Assembly (NCBI RefSeq): GCF_040938485.1
Contig: NW_027271001.1
Span: 2,728,001-2,792,000 of the forward strand
DNA from: Diadema antillarum
Taxonomy: Eukaryota
Direction of reading: 5' to 3'
Length of the DNA stretch: 64,000 bases
Shown: piece after piece, positions 61,302 through 64,000 of the stretch
How the letters are laid out: each line of letters begins with the position of its first letter
Numbering within the stretch: the first letter of the stretch is position 1
Made by a program: the position numbers and the translations under genes
The notes under the pieces: model-generated
Database searches by the model: none
The model's input: only the letters and a program-made list of their open reading frames with translations
What the model was told of the DNA's origin: nothing

Positions 61302-64000
61302 GGGGGGGGGTATTTTGGTAAGGAAACCTTATCAGCTGTGACTGCATATACCAAAGGCCCATGTGATTTTACCACTGATCATGAATTTCTTGGTTTGGTG
61401 GGGGTGGGGGGGGGGGGGGGGGTGGAGTGGGGTGGGGGCGGGGCAGAGAATCTTACCAGCTCAGACTACTGAAGACCCACTTACTGATGGTCTCGGACAA
61501 TAAGGAGGTCCAAGTGACAGAAGAAGGAGACAAATCAGCGGCATGATGTCTGAGTCATGCCAAGAAAATGAAGTTTAAATGCAGCATTGTCGTTTTTCAT
61601 TCCCTTTAATACTGAGTGCTTGTCTCCAGTGGAGTTTGAAAGCAAGTTCAGTTGTGACCGCAAGAAATAATTTTACTTCTCAAATTTGATTAGCAGTTCT
61701 GATCAATGGAAAAATCCTTTCAACAAAGTTTTGTACAATCCTATGTAAAAAACCTGTAATGCACAAGAAATTTTGTATAGAAGTCATATAAAAAATGCAT
61801 AGCATTCTATAGCAAATTGCGATGCGATACCAGGAAAATTAGGTTCCCTGGACTATCGCCTATTGCCTTCTGTAGATACATTTCCACATTTCAAGGACTT
61901 CTGAGCACATATTTGTTGCTAACAGAACATTATACTGCCAGTGAAATTAATGAATATGTGATATTAAAGATCAATTTTTAATAATTAAGCCATATACATG
62001 TTTACGGCCAATGGAGGAATGCCAATTTGACTTAATCATATAATTTACAGAGTGAAGAAAATACACTGAGCAAGATGCCACTGAACAGTTCTGGGAATGT
62101 CTAAGCTGCATTTATATTATTTATGTTTTGTTTGTTTGTTGTTTAATTAGCAGAGTAGGTAGCAGCCCTGGAATATGAGAACTTTATGAAATTTGTCCTC
62201 ATATCATCTTTTAATAATGCATTCTTATTGACTTTGTTTTAAATCACATACGTACATGTACATGTACATTGTATGCAGATGCGCCGCCCTTTATTCACCT
62301 TTTGAAAGATATGATTTCATAGCCTTGCCAGGTGGATCAAGAATTTTCCAACTCCCACTACTTTGATCTTGAGACTAATCTGACATGTCAGGGAAACTTA
62401 GGCAGACTCTTTGATCTGTTGCGTGAGTCATACCTTGTTTGAATTTGTCTACATAGTCACTTAATAGTCAGGTGGATGCCTCAGGGCTCTAGCATTTAAA
62501 GGGAAACACCACTCTAAGTGTAAGGATACTATTTTGTTTAGGAAGAAGGAAAAGCAAGTGGGACTGCTTCAATTCCATTAGAAATTGATTTATGATAAAG
62601 TTTTTAAGGTTAAAACTTCACATGATTTTAACACCTCAGTGATATCACTCTTTGTGACATGCTCAAATTAGATCAAATTATTGTGTCATTCCTTCACAAG
62701 TCTGCCATAAGTTTGTCCAGGAAAATGTACACATCAATGATTTGGGGGGCAATAATTTAGCAGTTGTGATCACCAATCCATGGAGAAGTCATCACACTTC
62801 AAGCCAAAGCCATGTCTATTCTGGAATGGCTTTGAGCAAAGGATGTATTAAAGCATTAATTGTAACAGTGTGTGGAGTATAGCTCTTTAGAAGACTTTTG
62901 TGGGCATAACCTCTCCACCCACTATAATCAGATGCAGCAAAGATGTCATCGCTGGAAAAACCTTCAGATGGTGTCATGCACAAAAATGTCATATATACTC
63001 AAGATAATCATGTTTGTTGTTGATAATTCAGTATCTACAAGTATAACCAACCCCTTGAAAGTTGTCTCTATTAGGTATTATGACACTATGAGGATTTGAA
63101 GCGAACACAACTTAATCCTTTTGATTTCATACCCCCCAAAAAAGAAGCAAATATGTGCACTACCATAGGAGAATTCTAAATTTAAAGGCACATGTGCTAC
63201 ATGTATGAAGGGGCTTTAAATCAGATTACATTTTGAGTGGAATAGTCCAGTAAGCTAGTGTATGACTTGTCAATGTACACCTGTGTTAGAAAAGGAAAGA
63301 TTTCAAGCCCGAACTTCGTTCATGTGACTTACCCTCATACCCTCCCCCCCCCCCCCACGCCCGTAGTGATCTACTTATTCTTTTGTCCCATTGTACACAT
63401 GACATGTATAAATGTCACCCACACTTTTTGTTCATATGTGCTAGACTGAGCACTGTATTAAGGTGCAAAGTTTCTCTTGGTTTGTCAACAACAATCAACA
63501 CTTCCTGTATGGGCCATATGCTTCTATAAAGTGTCTTTGTTGTTGTTATTGTTGTCAGAAAGGGGCAATCAGTGAGATGTGTATGTACACTGTAGTTTAT
63601 ACACTAGCTTGCTACACTGTAGTGTAGTCTCAGGAAAATTTTTGTTTTAAAGGTAACCAAATCATAGCAATGAAGTTTGCTTGTACATGATTAGACAAGC
63701 CATTGAATGTCATCTAGATGGCTCTTGTGAAGTGCTACAATATTCATCACAATAACAGAGTAATGGAGTGCATGTTGCAAGACTGTTGGTTTCAGCAGAG
63801 GTGGCGTGAATGAGAGTTATTAGTGTCATTCACACAGACAAAATAGCGGGATGTCAATCACGATCACAATATTGAGATTTTTTTTGCCTGTTCAAATGGA
63901 CAGAGATATGCTAATCGCTGATCATGATAATTTGTCAACCAAACTGCACATGCCTGAAATCTTCGGAAATCGTGACACTTGCCCTTGTGTTCCTGCACTG

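Overview
AT-rich, intron-rich eukaryotic genomic DNA. An invertebrate deuterostome, probably an echinoderm, is inferred from gene content and repeat style and is not proven. Three genes are visible. (1) On the minus strand (17690 to 430, running off the left edge) are the first 14 coding exons of a SCO-spondin (SSPO) orthologue: signal peptide, EMI, EGF, vWD1, C8, TIL, vWC-like and vWD2. All splice phases are consistent and give about 1589 aa. Its 2945-bp exon inserts roughly 800 aa of Ser/Lys/Glu-rich 22-23-aa tandem repeats, with higher-order structure and dense N-x-S and S-x-E motifs, between EGF and vWD1. This is the most unusual feature of the window. (2) Directly upstream on the same strand is a complete 9-exon NSUN6 (29591 to 19230, 477 aa). 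(3) On the plus strand is the 5' part of an unidentified large gene, with a Pro/Gly-rich first coding exon (46286-46570) and a possible alternative first exon (38552-38623). Introns and intergenic DNA hold many non-autonomous DNA transposons (TTAA/Kolobok-like including a nested pair, TA-flanked MITEs, hAT-like, Harbinger-like, foldback and Helentron-like elements), SINE fragments, microsatellites, and one young 5'-truncated L1/Tx1 LINE with a 15-bp TSD and poly(A). There is no CRISPR array, rRNA or credible tRNA gene. All coordinates and alignments were read by eye.
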